Shown: positions 54,521 to 64,000 of the stretch, one piece after another
How positions within the stretch are numbered: the first letter of the stretch is position 1
Layout: each line of letters begins with the position of its first letter
Assembly: GCA_963710365.1 (NCBI GenBank)
Contig: CAVQAC010000023.1
Location: 7,024 to 71,023 of the forward strand
Length of the DNA: 64,000 nucleotides
Reading direction: 5' to 3'
From: an uncultured Planctomycetales bacterium
Lineage (GTDB): Bacteria > Planctomycetota > Planctomycetia > Pirellulales > PNKZ01
Notes under the pieces: generated by a model
Told to the model about the DNA's origin: nothing
The model's database searches: none
Seen by the model: only the letters and a program-made list of their open reading frames with translations
Made by a program: the position numbers and the translations under genes

Positions 54521-57500
54521 CTATTTCCCGGCCGGCGCCGCTTGAGCGGGAGTTCCGTCGGCGGGTGCTGCTTGCGCTGGAACGGCCTGGGCCGGCGCTG
54601 CCTGGCCGGGGCGTGCGATCGAAATTGCTTCGTCGAGCAAGACCTTGTACTTGGCCACCATGTCCGGCCCGTTCAGCTTCGGATTCAGGATCATCGCACT
54701 CTTGAGCATCTTCTCTGCGTCGCCCGCCTTGGTCCGGTCTCCCGTCGCCTTGGATTCCTGCACCAGGCAGTAGGCGGCGTTGTACATTACTTCCAAATAC
54801 TCCGGCGGCTTCTTGCGCATCGTTTGCAGCTTTTGGCGCAAATTGGTCCAATGGGCAACGGCATTGGCCAGACGCTGAGCCGCGTCCGGACTCTGGGCAT
54901 CCTGTTCAGCCCAGCCTTGCAGGATGCGTCCCCGTTCCATCAAGGCGTCGAGATTCTTTCCGCCGGTGGCTTCGATCAGCTTATCGGCTTCGGCCAAGGC
55001 CTGTTCGTACTTCTTTTCGGATCGTAGCAGGCCGATGAGCTGAGCCCGCACCTTGATCAGAGGCGAATCGTTCGGGCCTTTCCAGGCAGGATCGTTTTCG
55101 GCCCGCTTGAGAATGCCTTCGTACAGTTCGCTGGCGTTCTTGGTCTGGTTGACGTCGAAACAACTGTCAGCCAGGAAGATCATGCTGGCCATGCTGAGTT
55201 GCTGACGGGTGGCCATTTTCACCAGCAGCTTGCCCAGCAGGGCGCCGTTGGAGTCGGCCGTCTTCTTGGCCGCGGCATTCTTAGGATCCTGGATCACGGC
55301 CGCCAAGGCTTGCTTCCATTCGAACTTGACGCTCTTGAGAAACTCGATCAGCGTCAGATTTACCCGCGGTTCGTCGGCCCCGATGTCCATCAATAGCGTG
55401 GCCACGCTCTCGGCTTTGACCAGATCCTTGACCGACATGTAGCCCTTGACCGCCGCCAGGCAGATCCGCAACGTATCCTTGTCGAGCTCCTTTGGTTTCT
55501 GGGCCTGCATTTGCATGAAGATCGGGTCGAGGATCGGCACGGCCTTGGCGCCTTCGTTCCCTTCGAGATAGATCTCGCCCAGCAGCAGCATGCTTTCCAA
55601 CAGGCTCTTGGGGGTAGGCTGGTTCTTGGGAACCGTCTTGCGTTCGGACTCGATCGACGTGATCAGTTCCTGGATGGTCTTGTCGCGATGTGCGGCCATG
55701 GCCGCCGTGTCCTGTTTGTCCGGCGGGGCCTGCTTGCCCATCAAATACAAACGAAAATGCGTCTGCGCCGCCAGGTACAGGGCATTCGAATAGCGGTCCG
55801 AGTTGGGATTCACCGCTTCAAACACGCCGATCGCCTCGGGGAGCCGGCCTTGTACCATTTCAACCTTTCCCAGCGCGATGCGTGCGTCGTCCGCTTCCGA
55901 ATTCTCGGGCCAGCTCTTGATGGTGAAATCGGCGACTTCCTGCAATCGTTTGAGTTCCTCGGGCTTGCCCTGCGAAATGATGTACAGGTTCATGGCTGAG
56001 GTCACAGCCAGCGAAGCCGCCATGGGCCCGGTCTTGTCGCCCTTCACGCCGACCAACTCCTTGGCCAAGGCGTACGCGTCGGTCAATGTCTCGGCATATT
56101 TTCCGGACATGTATTCGGCACGAGCCAACTGAAATCGCGCGGCGAGAACCTTGGGAGGATCTTTCGGGATCCTGGCTGGCCTTGCCCATTTCGATGGCCT
56201 TCTTATAGAGATCGACCGCGTCTTGCCATTGCTCTCCGGCGGCGGATTGGTCAGCCATGGCCAGCACGTCAGCAAATTTGGCGTCGTAGTCCATGCCGAG
56301 CGATTTCTGCAGGTCGATGCGAACGATGCGGATCTCGGTTTCGTACGGGCTGGGGACGTTGATCGCCGCGTCGAGTAGCTTCTTGGCGTCGAGCCGCAAC
56401 CGCTTCTGCTCCGCTCCCTTGGATTTGTCGGCCTGGGCGATCAGGGCCTTGGACAATTGCAGCACGATCCCCTGGAAGCCGGGCGTGCGTTGCAAACGCT
56501 GGTAGTCCTTGACCCATTGCTCGGCCTCATCAATCACTTCGGCCACTTTGCCCTGCTTCAGCAGGATGTTGAAGCGGAACTGATGCACTTCGACGAACAG
56601 CGACTCGAACGACACGTCCATCTTGGTCGACGGGGGCGGCTCGTTGGCCAGCACTTCTTCGTAAATGTCTTGGGCCGTGAGCAAGTCGCCCAATTCCTCG
56701 CGGACCCGGCCGTCCCACATATGGGCGTACAAGCCGAACGCAAAGTGCGGTTCGGCTGGTAGATCGAATCGAACTCCTTGGCGGCGCTATCCAGCGCACG
56801 CCTTGCGCAGATCGAAGAGCTTCTTGTGTTCGGGCAACTTCAAATTCAACGGCTCGGGCAGGACGTAGGTGCGGCCAATGTTGAAATCGAGCATGGCCAG
56901 CTTGAATCGCGACTCAATCCACAAGTCTTCCACGATTTGCTGCTGCGATGGCGCGGCATTGACCGTGGTGGCCCTGAACGAGTGCGGCGCGGCGCGGCTT
57001 TCGCCGGCGATTCTTCCGCCTTGGCTGCGGCGGCGGCAGCAGCCGCCGCGGCGTTCGCAGCCAACGACTTGTACTGTTCGCCATATAGTTCTGCGGCTTT
57101 CGCATAGCGCGGCCGGGCCTGATCGAACGCCGTGCGGGCTTCCTCGTACAAAGGGCTGGGCGGCTTGTCCTTTTCTTGCTTCTGTAACAGAGCCAACCGC
57201 AACGTGTTGTCACCGCGGGTCGAGGCCAAATCGCCGTAGGTCACATAGGCTGCCGCCGCGCAGGGGATTGTCCGGGTGGTCTTTCAGGAACTTGTCCAAA
57301 TGGTCTTGCGCCGAAGCCAGCCGAGCGGCCGACTCGTCGGCATTTTGCGTCTCACGGGCCGACGCTCGCAAAGCATTGGCCGTTTCCAGATCGAGCGTGG
57401 CCCGGACGTCTTCGGGCAGATCCTCGCGATCGGAAATGAACTTGATGTATTCCAGAGCAGCTTCGCCGTAACCTCGGTCATAGAGCCCGCGGAGGAATTC

Positions 57501-57605
57501 GGCGTAGGGTTCGCCGGCCGCGAGAGGCCGTGCCGAGACAAGCAACAACACGGCGACCCACCATGAACGACGAACCGGCCAGGAAAATCGTGAACGAAGT
57601 TGCAT
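54521..57605 (-). CDS. large secreted TPR-repeat protein (about 1028 aa; frameshifted)
   Basis: Signal MQLRSRFSWPVRRSWWVAVLLLVSARPLAAG. Fragments 57210-57650, 56846-57244, 55860-56732 and 54521-56275 tile a continuous helical-repeat protein (many A..Y..A/L..G.Y..A TPR-like units). Last gene of the exbB operon. Confidence 0.75.
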
Positions 57606-57677
57606 GTGTGTCCCGAAAATACGTTTCAATAATCCCCAGATGCTACTCAATAACCCAGCGAATCCCTGGGCTCTACG

Positions 57678-59336
57678 CTACTTGCCAGACTTGGCGGCAG
57701 GCTTGACGTCCAGCTTTGATTCGGGGGCTTTGGCCACCTGAGCGCCGGCAGCGTCCGCGTTGTCGAGCTTATAGAGGGGCAGATAACGGTAATAAACTTC
57801 GAGCGTCAGCGTGGAAAGGCTGGTGATCATGAGCCGCCCGCCGGTGTCGCCGTGCGAGTCGGGAACCGGTTTGAGTGGATCCCAACTTCCGGTCGCACAC
57901 CCCTCCTTGACCTGCGTTTCGATCAGCAGGCGGCGCATGTTGCGGTTCCAAGCGTCCCATTCGGGGCCGGGCAGGTTGTGCATGACCTGCGTGCCATAGT
58001 ACCAGTAATACAAATTCCGGCCGCCCGTTTTGCTAGGCATGGCACGCATGAGCATGCTCAGGCCTTCGATCATCGGCGGGTCGTTGCGCTTGACGCCCAT
58101 GTATTGGCTGCAAAGCAGGCCGACGCTGGTCATGCTGATGTTGGGGGCGCTGTCCGGCGTATAGGAAAAACCTCCGCCGTTCTTGCTCTTAGCCGAGGCC
58201 AGCTTGAGGAATTTGTGGGCGCCGTCCATGGTCTTCGGGTCGACTTGCAAACCGCTCATCAGCGCGCTTTCATGGCCATGATTTGCCATCCGACCACCGA
58301 CGTGTCGCCGGGCTGGCCAGGCGTATAACGCCAGCCGCCATCCTCCGCGTTCTGCGCTTTCAATGAACTTGATGGCCGCCTGAGCCGCGTGACCAACCTT
58401 GGCATCCTTGGTCAGGCCGAACGCTTCGCACAGGCAAATCGCCGCCAAACCATGGCTGTACATATTTCCGCTGCCACTGATCAGGCTGCCATCGGACTTC
58501 TGCGCCTCCGACCATCCACATCAGCCCATTGTAGATCGTCTTTTGATAGGGCCCTTTGACCGTATGGGTTTGGCCCGCCGCCAGAAACGGCAGCAGCGCC
58601 ATGGCCGTGGCGGCCGTATCGCTGGTCACCTTGCCGGCGCCGGTGCAGGTGTCGTCTTTGCAACCGGCCGTGTACTGGGCGATGCTCCAATTGCCCGAGT
58701 TGGACTGATGACGGGCAATCCAGTTCAGTGCCGCAGCCACGGCACGCTCGGTATTCTTCGTGCCGCCGAAGCCGCCGACCATGGCCTGACGTTGGCCTTG
58801 TCCGCGGCCCCCGAAGCCTGCACCATCGCCGCCGGTGCCACCAGAATTGCTCGTACCTGCGCCAGCGCCAACGCCGCCCGGACCACGCACTGCCGGGCCG
58901 GCGCCAGGGCATTGATGCTGAACCCGCCCAGGCCGCCAAAGTTCGAGGCGGCGCCGGCCATGCCGCCTCCCGCTTCGGCGAACGTCGGATTATCGTCGTA
59001 GACCTTTTCCGTCTGCTCCATCTTGGGAGCTTCCAACTGCGTCAACGATTCGGTGTCGAGCACCGTGGGCTCAATCGGCGTGTCGCCGACTTCGAAGCGG
59101 TTCAGCTCGGGCTCCGGCAACGCCGTCTCGACTTCGGCCTCGAATTCCGGCGCACTCCATGATCTTCTGGGCCACGTGGACCGTGCCCAAGACCAAGGCC
59201 ATGATGATAAAGACGACGAGGTGACCGGCGATGCTCGCGGCCCAGAAGGGGCCAACCACCGTAATCCAGCTGCTTTATTCCGTTGGCTGCCGAATCCCCC
59301 ATACGTGACATAGAAAACTGCCTCGTAAATGCCCAC
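57678..59336 (-). CDS. TM-anchored prenyltransferase/squalene-oxidase-repeat (alpha/alpha toroid) protein with TonB-like SxxxH anchor (frameshifted)
   Basis: The TM helix GPFWAASIAGHLVVFIIMALVLG is in the frame of ORF 59071-59259. An acidic/Pro then Gly-rich linker follows. QW-type motifs are HQSNSGNW and, after frame correction, QNAEDGGW. The C-terminus ..NLYYWYYGTQVM..GSWDP.. comes from ORF 57678-58463. Confidence 0.7.
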
Positions 59337-59356
59337 CGTCGGCCAGATGCCGGCGG

Positions 59357-60649
59357 CTAGATTGTATCCTCAGGAAAACCAGGGAACGTCTCATCGTGCA
59401 ATCCTGGATCAGTCCAGTCTAGCGATTTTGCATCCTTTTCGCGACCATTTGCATATTTTGTGCGGCCATTTCTGGCCTGTGCCTCCTGCTCTGGTTCGTC
59501 CTGACCGATTTGGTCGATCCAGTTCTCCACGGCTTCCTCTTCAACAGGCTTAAGTGCCAAGTCGCTCCGCTTACGGGGGGACCGGGCTCGATAAACCCAA
59601 ATGCCGACGATCGCCACCAGGAAGACTCCACCGCCGATCAATACAGGCCAGAACTCGCCGGCCTGGGCACGGTTACTTTGCAGAGCCTCTTCAGCGAGGT
59701 TTTTCTCCCAGTGCAGGCGGCCGATCAACAAGGGGGCCGCACGGCGCGTGTCGAGCCCGTCTCGATACGACATTTGTTTCAAAAAATAGCCGACGAACGT
59801 GGATTCCTCGTGAATGTCGCTCCCCAATCGCAATTTGGGGGGCTTGTCGCAGAACAGCACGATGTAAGGAAACACCTTGGAGTCGTCCGTCCAGCCCCGG
59901 GCGTCGTAGACCACCTTCACATTGGCTGAGTTTTCCGTGGCCGGCCACTTGAATGCTTGCCGCAGATGCAGCATTTTCAAGCGGATGAGCTTGCCCCGGT
60001 ACTCGTCCGGCTGCTCCCAGAGTTGCACGTAGGAGACGGTTTTTGCCCGCTGCCGGAGTTGGTCGAAGGTTTGGGCCTGGACCCATTTCACCAACCGCCA
60101 ATACAAAGGCATTTCGATCGCGGCCAGGACGTCCTTATCGGTGATGGCCTGGAATTCTTCCTTGGCGGCGTCCCATTCTCCTTCGTCCTCGTCGGTGGGA
60201 CCAGGGACGATTTTTTCAAAATCCTCCGACGCGACCGGAGCAACGGGCGACTGGGCAATGGCCATTTCGGCTGGCTGGCCCGCGGGCTTGTTACTGTCAG
60301 CCGGCTTGCCGTCGTCCGGTTTGCCGTCGTCCGGTTTGCCGTCGTCCGGTTTATTGTCCGCCTGCATTGCCGCGGCGGACGCGACGTCAACACGCTTGGG
60401 CTCGTCCGCCCTGGGCTCGGATCGCTTGCCTGCCCGCGGACCCACCGGCTGGTCCGGCTCATCGTCATCCGGCTGGACCGTTCTCTTGCCACCGTCTGGA
60501 TCGCTGGCCAACCAACGCCAAACGTCCGGGTCGCGCGCGCGCATCATCATCATCCACAGCACGCCGAGCATGAGCAGCATGCTCATGAGGCGGGTGAATT
60601 CCCGACCACTCAAGAGCTTTTGCGGCGGTGGTCGGCGAAAGCGTCGCAT
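59357..60649 (-). CDS. bitopic/double-TM protein with KPDDG repeats, unknown function
   Basis: ATG at 60649 (MRRFRRPPPQK). N-terminal TM LMSMLLMLGVLWMMMM. An acidic linker with three KPDDG units, a globular ~200 aa region, a second TM FWPVLIGGGVFLVAIVGIWVY and an acidic tail. It is the 3' part of chimeric ORF 59357-61243. Confidence 0.65.
   Translation of the reverse strand: MRRFRRPPPQKLLSGREFTRLMSMLLMLGVLWMMMMRARDPDVWRWLASDPDGGKRTVQPDDDEPDQPVGPRAGKRSEPRADEPKRVDVASAAAMQADNKPDDGKPDDGKPDDGKPADSNKPAGQPAEMAIAQSPVAPVASEDFEKIVPGPTDEDEGEWDAAKEEFQAITDKDVLAAIEMPLYWRLVKWVQAQTFDQLRQRAKTVSYVQLWEQPDEYRGKLIRLKMLHLRQAFKWPATENSANVKVVYDARGWTDDSKVFPYIVLFCDKPPKLRLGSDIHEESTFVGYFLKQMSYRDGLDTRRAAPLLIGRLHWEKNLAEEALQSNRAQAGEFWPVLIGGGVFLVAIVGIWVYRARSPRKRSDLALKPVEEEAVENWIDQIGQDEPEQEAQARNGRTKYANGREKDAKSLDWTDPGLHDETFPGFPEDTI
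60308..60352. repeat. three perfect 15-bp tandem repeats (encode KPDDG x3 on minus strand)
   Basis: GCCGTCGTCCGGTTT occurs three times, head to tail. Confidence 0.95.
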
Positions 60650-60732
60650 GAGCAGGAGGCCTGATTCTCGAATTGCAGCCTGGCACGTCGACCTGAAAAA
60701 ACCGGCTCCATTTTCGACGTAATGGCTGATGG

Positions 60733-61243
60733 TTAGTTCCCGCCTGCCTCGGGCAATTCGACGAAACTCAACTTGGAAAGCTTCGATCCGTCGGCCATCG
60801 ACTGGCGGGTGCAGATGTCGATGACACGCATTAATTCTTCGTAGCGCAGCGAAGGCGCCGACCTGGATGATGACTTGCTTGAAGGGGCTGCCAGGATCGG
60901 CCAGGATGGTCTTGAGTTGGGCTTCGAGCTGCCCCAACCCGGCGACATTCGACTCGCCGATGGCCAGCGATCCGATTTGCCCACCCGGCGTGGGGAAAAT
61001 GCTGACGATCAACGATTCGAGGCCCTGAACGGGATCCTTGGAATCCGCACTACCGGCCGGCGGCGCCTTGGCCTGGACGTTGGTCACGGGTTCGGGAGGC
61101 GGCAGGCGAAGATCGACCTGGCCTTCAACTGGAGCCGGTTTGAAGGTGAGAATGAAGAATGTCAGCAACTGAAAAGCCATGTCGAGCATGGCTGCCAGAT
61201 TCAGTTCGACGCTTTCGGATCCCTTACGCTTTTTCTTGCTCAT
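60733..61243 (-). CDS. exbD: ExbD/TolR family biopolymer transport protein (one frameshift near 60860)
   Basis: MSKKKRKGSESVELNLAAMLDMAFQLLTFFILTF.. (5' end of ORF 59357-61243) joins ..SLRYEELMRVIDICTRQ..KLSFVELP (ORF 60733-60984). Confidence 0.8.
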
Positions 61244-61443
61244 AACGCATTCTTTTGCCGGCGATCGGCCGCCCCGAAGCGATATTACCGATTCGTCTAC
61301 TTGGGCTTTCGAAGGAAACCTATGTTGTTCAACGATCGAGGCAGAGTTTTATTAGTCGACTAGCGGCGTTTATTTGATCGGCGGCAAACGTACCGGGGCG
61401 GCACCCGGGCTTCGACGACCCATCGCCGAACTGTCGCGAAGCC

Positions 61444-61905
61444 CTATTCTTCCTTATTCATGGCCTTGAGGGCAAATTTGCGGTAGCCGTGATCCTGGCA
61501 GATCTTGATGACTTTGTAGAGCATATTAAAGGCCGTGCTCTTGTCGGCGCGGACCACCACCGTACTGGGCAGTTCGTCGCCGGACTTGATGTCGGGCTTG
61601 TTGCGGCGGGCGGCGAGCAGGCTGGCCTGCGCCTCGCCCGCGATGTAGCCGTTGACGTCCTGCTTCGCAATGCCGTAGACGTTGAGGTGGCCATCCTTGT
61701 CGATATTCAGGATCAGCAAATCTTCCTGGCCTTTCGTATCGACAGGCTTCGCCGACCCAATGACGGGCAGATGCAGCGTCAAATCAAGCGAAGCGGCCTT
61801 GAAGTTCATCACCAGCATGAAGAACGTGACCAACTGGAACACCATGTCCAACATCGGGGTCAGGTTCGGCTCGGCGCTCGAACCGTGCGACATGGATGAG
61901 GACAT
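61444..61905 (-). CDS. exbD: ExbD/TolR family biopolymer transport protein
   Basis: Intact 153 aa. EPNLTPMLDMVFQLVTFFML, then ..VVVRADKSTAFNMLYKVIKICQDHGY. Confidence 0.85.
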   Translation of the reverse strand: MSSSMSHGSSAEPNLTPMLDMVFQLVTFFMLVMNFKAASLDLTLHLPVIGSAKPVDTKGQEDLLILNIDKDGHLNVYGIAKQDVNGYIAGEAQASLLAARRNKPDIKSGDELPSTVVVRADKSTAFNMLYKVIKICQDHGYRKFALKAMNKEE

Positions 61906-61929
61906 GACATCACTTCCAGGGTTGGCAGG

Positions 61930-62847
61930 CTAAAACCATCTGACCTGAACGTTCCTGCTGGGCGAACTTCGCATGGATCCCCTTATCGCGCCGGCCGGCA
62001 CCTTGGCAGCCGTCTGAGCCGAGGCGCCGCCCTTGCCACGAGCCGCATTGGACAGTTTGCGGACAAATTCGTCGGCTTCCAGCATCGTGTTCACGCTCAA
62101 GGTCGAAGTGCGATTCTTGAAGACGGCGAAGAAATAAATGGCCGGCACCGACAATGCCACGCCTTCGAACGTCAGCAGCAAAGCTTCGGAAATACCACCG
62201 GCCACGGCCGAGGCCTTGATCGCCTGATCGCTCATGGCAATCACGCTGAAGCTGGCGATCATCCCCTTGAGCGTACCGAGCAGCCCGATCATCGGCCCCA
62301 GCGTGCCCAGCACGGCCAGCATGCTGATTTTCTTTTCCATATCGACCGTGATGACCTCACCCACGTGCTGCATCGCTTCGCGGGCGTCGGCCAGGCCGCT
62401 GGACAATTCGGCCAGGCCGGCCGAGACGATGCGGCTGAATGCGGAGTCATCCTCTTTCACGAGGGCAAAGATCCCCTTGAAATCTCGCTTCTCCAGCAGA
62501 GCCTCGCATTCTTCGATCACATCGGGAGGCGTGGTCACGACGGGGCGTAATTCGACAAACAACCGACCTACCGTGGCAATGAAGTACATCGACAGCACCA
62601 AAATCACGGCGCCGATCGCGCCTGAGGTCTCAATGACCCACCAGACCATGCTGGTCGCATGCGGCGCTTCCTCTCCACCGTGGGCTGCGGCGGGATCGGC
62701 CGCGGCGGCGGGATCAGCGGCGGCCGCCGGTTTGGCTTCCTCCTGGGCATAGCTCGGGGTAGTAGCCAACGTCCCGAAGACGCCGATTGCGACAACCATC
62801 GCCAGCAACACATCAAGGCTGCGGGCACGGATGGCAAGAGAACTCAT
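61930..62847 (-). CDS. exbB: MotA/TolQ/ExbB proton-channel family protein
   Basis: Intact 305 aa. Signal plus Ala/Pro-rich N-terminal extension, then LAVLGTLGPMIGLLGTLKGMI and GGISEALLLTFEGVALSVPAIYFF. Confidence 0.85.
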   Translation of the reverse strand: MSSLAIRARSLDVLLAMVVAIGVFGTLATTPSYAQEEAKPAAAADPAAAADPAAAHGGEEAPHATSMVWWVIETSGAIGAVILVLSMYFIATVGRLFVELRPVVTTPPDVIEECEALLEKRDFKGIFALVKEDDSAFSRIVSAGLAELSSGLADAREAMQHVGEVITVDMEKKISMLAVLGTLGPMIGLLGTLKGMIASFSVIAMSDQAIKASAVAGGISEALLLTFEGVALSVPAIYFFAVFKNRTSTLSVNTMLEADEFVRKLSNAARGKGGASAQTAAKVPAGAIRGSMRSSPSRNVQVRWF

Positions 62848-62913
62848 AGCGGATCCTCTTCTACTGTTCGTCTGAAGTTCTTAAAGGAGATGGCGAACTA
62901 CAAGATGCAAACC

Positions 62914-62961
62914 CACGGTCTTCATCAAGCACGGTCTTCATCAAACACGGATGATCAAACG
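62914..62961. promoter_or_regulatory. direct repeats 67-114 bp upstream of exbB start codon (candidate operator)
   Basis: CACGGTCTTCATCAAG / CACGGTCTTCATCAAA / CACGGATGATCAAACG. Two 16-bp copies differ by 1 nt. The third copy is degenerate with a shorter spacer. Confidence 0.5.
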
Positions 62962-63194
62962 CGGTCGATGCTCGAAGGAGTCAACGACCAAGGATTCGTG
63001 TGCGGAGGACTGTTCCGTGAAGTGTTCCGAAGCTACGAACCCAAAGGCCACCACGACAACGTGGACTCCTAAGGTCAACAACTCCCGCGCGCTTGCCCAG
63101 CATCATCTTCTCTTGCGCCGAAAGACCGCCGTCTGCTCGTGGCGCAAACCACTCGCGCAGCTAGGAAAGCGGGGACAGTTGCGATCCTAACACT

Positions 63195-63480
63195 GAAAAA
63201 ATAGAGCGTCAAGCTTCTGGACCGTCATGACGCAAGAACAAACTCCTTTTTGTAAACCAGGGCCGCGAAGGAGGCACCACAGGCCCGAACGTGATCTGCC
63301 GGCGCAACACGAAAAGGGGTGCGAGTTCTCTCCCCACGCCACGTTCGCTGATCGTCACAGCCTGCCAAGGCGCAACGCCCGTGACGGGTCTTACGCTCAG
63401 AGTGCGTTCCACTGACCAAACGCGGAAATCTTACCGCGGGGGGCAGGTATAGCCCAACGGCTCCGCTGCGATTTCGAAGC
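63195..63480. other. densely structured non-coding region (candidate sRNA or leader; identity and strand unresolved)
   Basis: No convincing ORF in a 785-bp gap. Helices (plus-strand coordinates): 63242-63253/63309-63320 (12 bp including 2 G-U), 63258-63264/63282-63287, 63353-63358/63381-63386 enclosing 63369-63372/63376-63379, 63393-63396/63404-63407, and 63421-63425/63434-63438. On the minus strand, stem 63206-63211/63228-63233 is followed by a U6 run. Confidence 0.35.
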
Positions 63481-63632
63481 AGGATCAATCGGGCACGCCT
63501 AAAGGACACCTCAGTCGTTGGACCTTGGCAGAGGCCCCGGATTTGATTCTACTCTGGCCCATTGCTGACCACCCAACGAAATCTGCCTGGCGGAATGCAT
63601 GACGTGGCCGAGTGCCGTGCCAAGAGATTTGC

Positions 63633-64000
63633 ATGACCAGCGTATCGCCCGACCCATTCGAAACCTCCCCTGCCAGCCACCGCTCACCGCCCCCAGCGGG
63701 GAGTAAGCTGCCAGCCAAGGTAATCATCCTGGCCAACCCCTACAGCGGTGCCAAGAAGAATCGGCAGCACGTGGCCGAGTTGACCCATGCCTTGAGTGCC
63801 GAGGGGCTGCAACCGCAGCCCGTTTGGCAACTCGATGAGTTGGAAGCGCTCGTCCGTGAGCCCGGTTTTACAGACGAATTTCGCTGTGCCGTGGCCGCCG
63901 GAGGAGATGGCACCTTGAACCGCACGATCAACTATCGCTTGAACGTGCCTTTGGCAGTGCTTCCCTTGGGCAATGAAAACCTGTTTGCACGCGAATTCGG
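63633..64000 (+). CDS. diacylglycerol/lipid kinase catalytic-domain protein (YegS/LCB5-like; 3' end beyond window)
   Basis: My own translation from the ATG at 63633: ..KVIILANPYSGAKKNRQH..AVAAGGDGTLNRT..LAVLPLGNENLFAREF (GGDGT and PLG.(G)N.FAR motifs). It is open to the window edge, so it is absent from the ORF track. Confidence 0.75.
   Translation, partial: MTSVSPDPFETSPASHRSPPPAGSKLPAKVIILANPYSGAKKNRQHVAELTHALSAEGLQPQPVWQLDELEALVREPGFTDEFRCAVAAGGDGTLNRTINYRLNVPLAVLPLGNENLFAREF

Noticed and set aside
57015-57055. GCN-rich run encoding AAAAAAAAAAA inside the TPR gene, as a possible repeat element
   Set aside because: It is an in-frame poly-Ala linker within a continuous coding region in GC-rich DNA. 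There is no evidence of an independent element.
60308-60352. Short perfect repeats as a possible CRISPR array
   Set aside because: The units are only 15 bp, directly abutting with no spacers, in frame inside a coding region, and no cas genes are present.
59357-61243. 628 aa ORF spanning ExbD-like N-terminus and a large membrane protein
   Set aside because: The ExbD N-terminus continues in another frame to a normal ExbD C-terminus (ORF 60733-60984). The downstream protein has its own ATG at 60649. These are two genes joined by a frameshift read-through.
63255-63300. Possible SRP (4.5S) RNA helix 8: ACCAGGGCCGCGAAGGAGGCACCACAGGCCC
   Set aside because: It resembles CAGGNCCGGAAGGNAGCAGC, but the tetraloop is a pentaloop and the AGCA symmetric-loop residues are altered. 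I could not build the flanking long helix 5 pairing. It is kept only as part of the unresolved structured region.
63310-63370. Cobalamin or TPP riboswitch-like strings (AAAAGGGGUGCGAG, GCCACGU, GUCACAGCCUGCC)
   Set aside because: The order and spacing of the boxes do not match either consensus as I recall them. CUGAGA and ACCUGAUC (TPP) and GGUG.AA..CC (B12) are absent. The downstream plus-strand gene is a lipid kinase, which is not a typical target.

Overview
GC-rich bacterial chromosomal segment. Gene content suggests Planctomycetota, Pirellulales-like (inference from a DUF1501 protein, DUF1571-type paralogs, a sulfatase, a glycan-degradation set and an ExbBD/prenyltransferase-like/TPR cluster). 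I can support about 50 protein-coding genes. I saw no rRNA, tRNA, CRISPR array, transposase or integrase.

Gene blocks, in order:
- typA and a DUF1501 gene.
- A tightly coupled five-gene envelope operon of unknown function (4330-12012).
- An MBL hydrolase.
- A lipid A block: skp-lpxC-lpxA plus a Gfo/Idh/MocA gene.
- A sulfated-glycan set: two FAD oxidoreductases, a beta-helix protein, a sulfatase and a BNR/sialidase-like protein.
- An M28 peptidase.
- A CheY-like regulator plus an FHA-GAF histidine kinase.
- lutBC.
- A Cys-rich secreted protein.
- A coiled-coil plus unknown gene pair.
- carA, an aminotransferase, a duplicated SurA-like PPIase and a GDPD gene.
- The rpsB-tsf-pyrH-frr block.
- A MazG-like gene coupled to a pseudo-receiver/KaiA-RsbU-like protein.
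- larC, a DUF255 gene, panB, a DUF4404 gene, a methyltransferase and gap.
- An 8.3 kb exbB-exbD-exbD operon with a TonB-like anchored alpha/alpha-toroid protein and a ~1000 aa TPR protein.
- A partial lipid kinase gene at the window end.

Main caveat: roughly 27 of the ~50 genes, including essential single-copy genes (rpsB, gap, typA, lpxC, panB), are broken by single-base frameshifts. At least two of the breaks I reconstructed lie at homopolymer runs. I read these as assembly or sequencing indels rather than pseudogenes, so I report reconstructed gene spans rather than ORF fragments. Family names are recalled from sequence motifs, not from searches.
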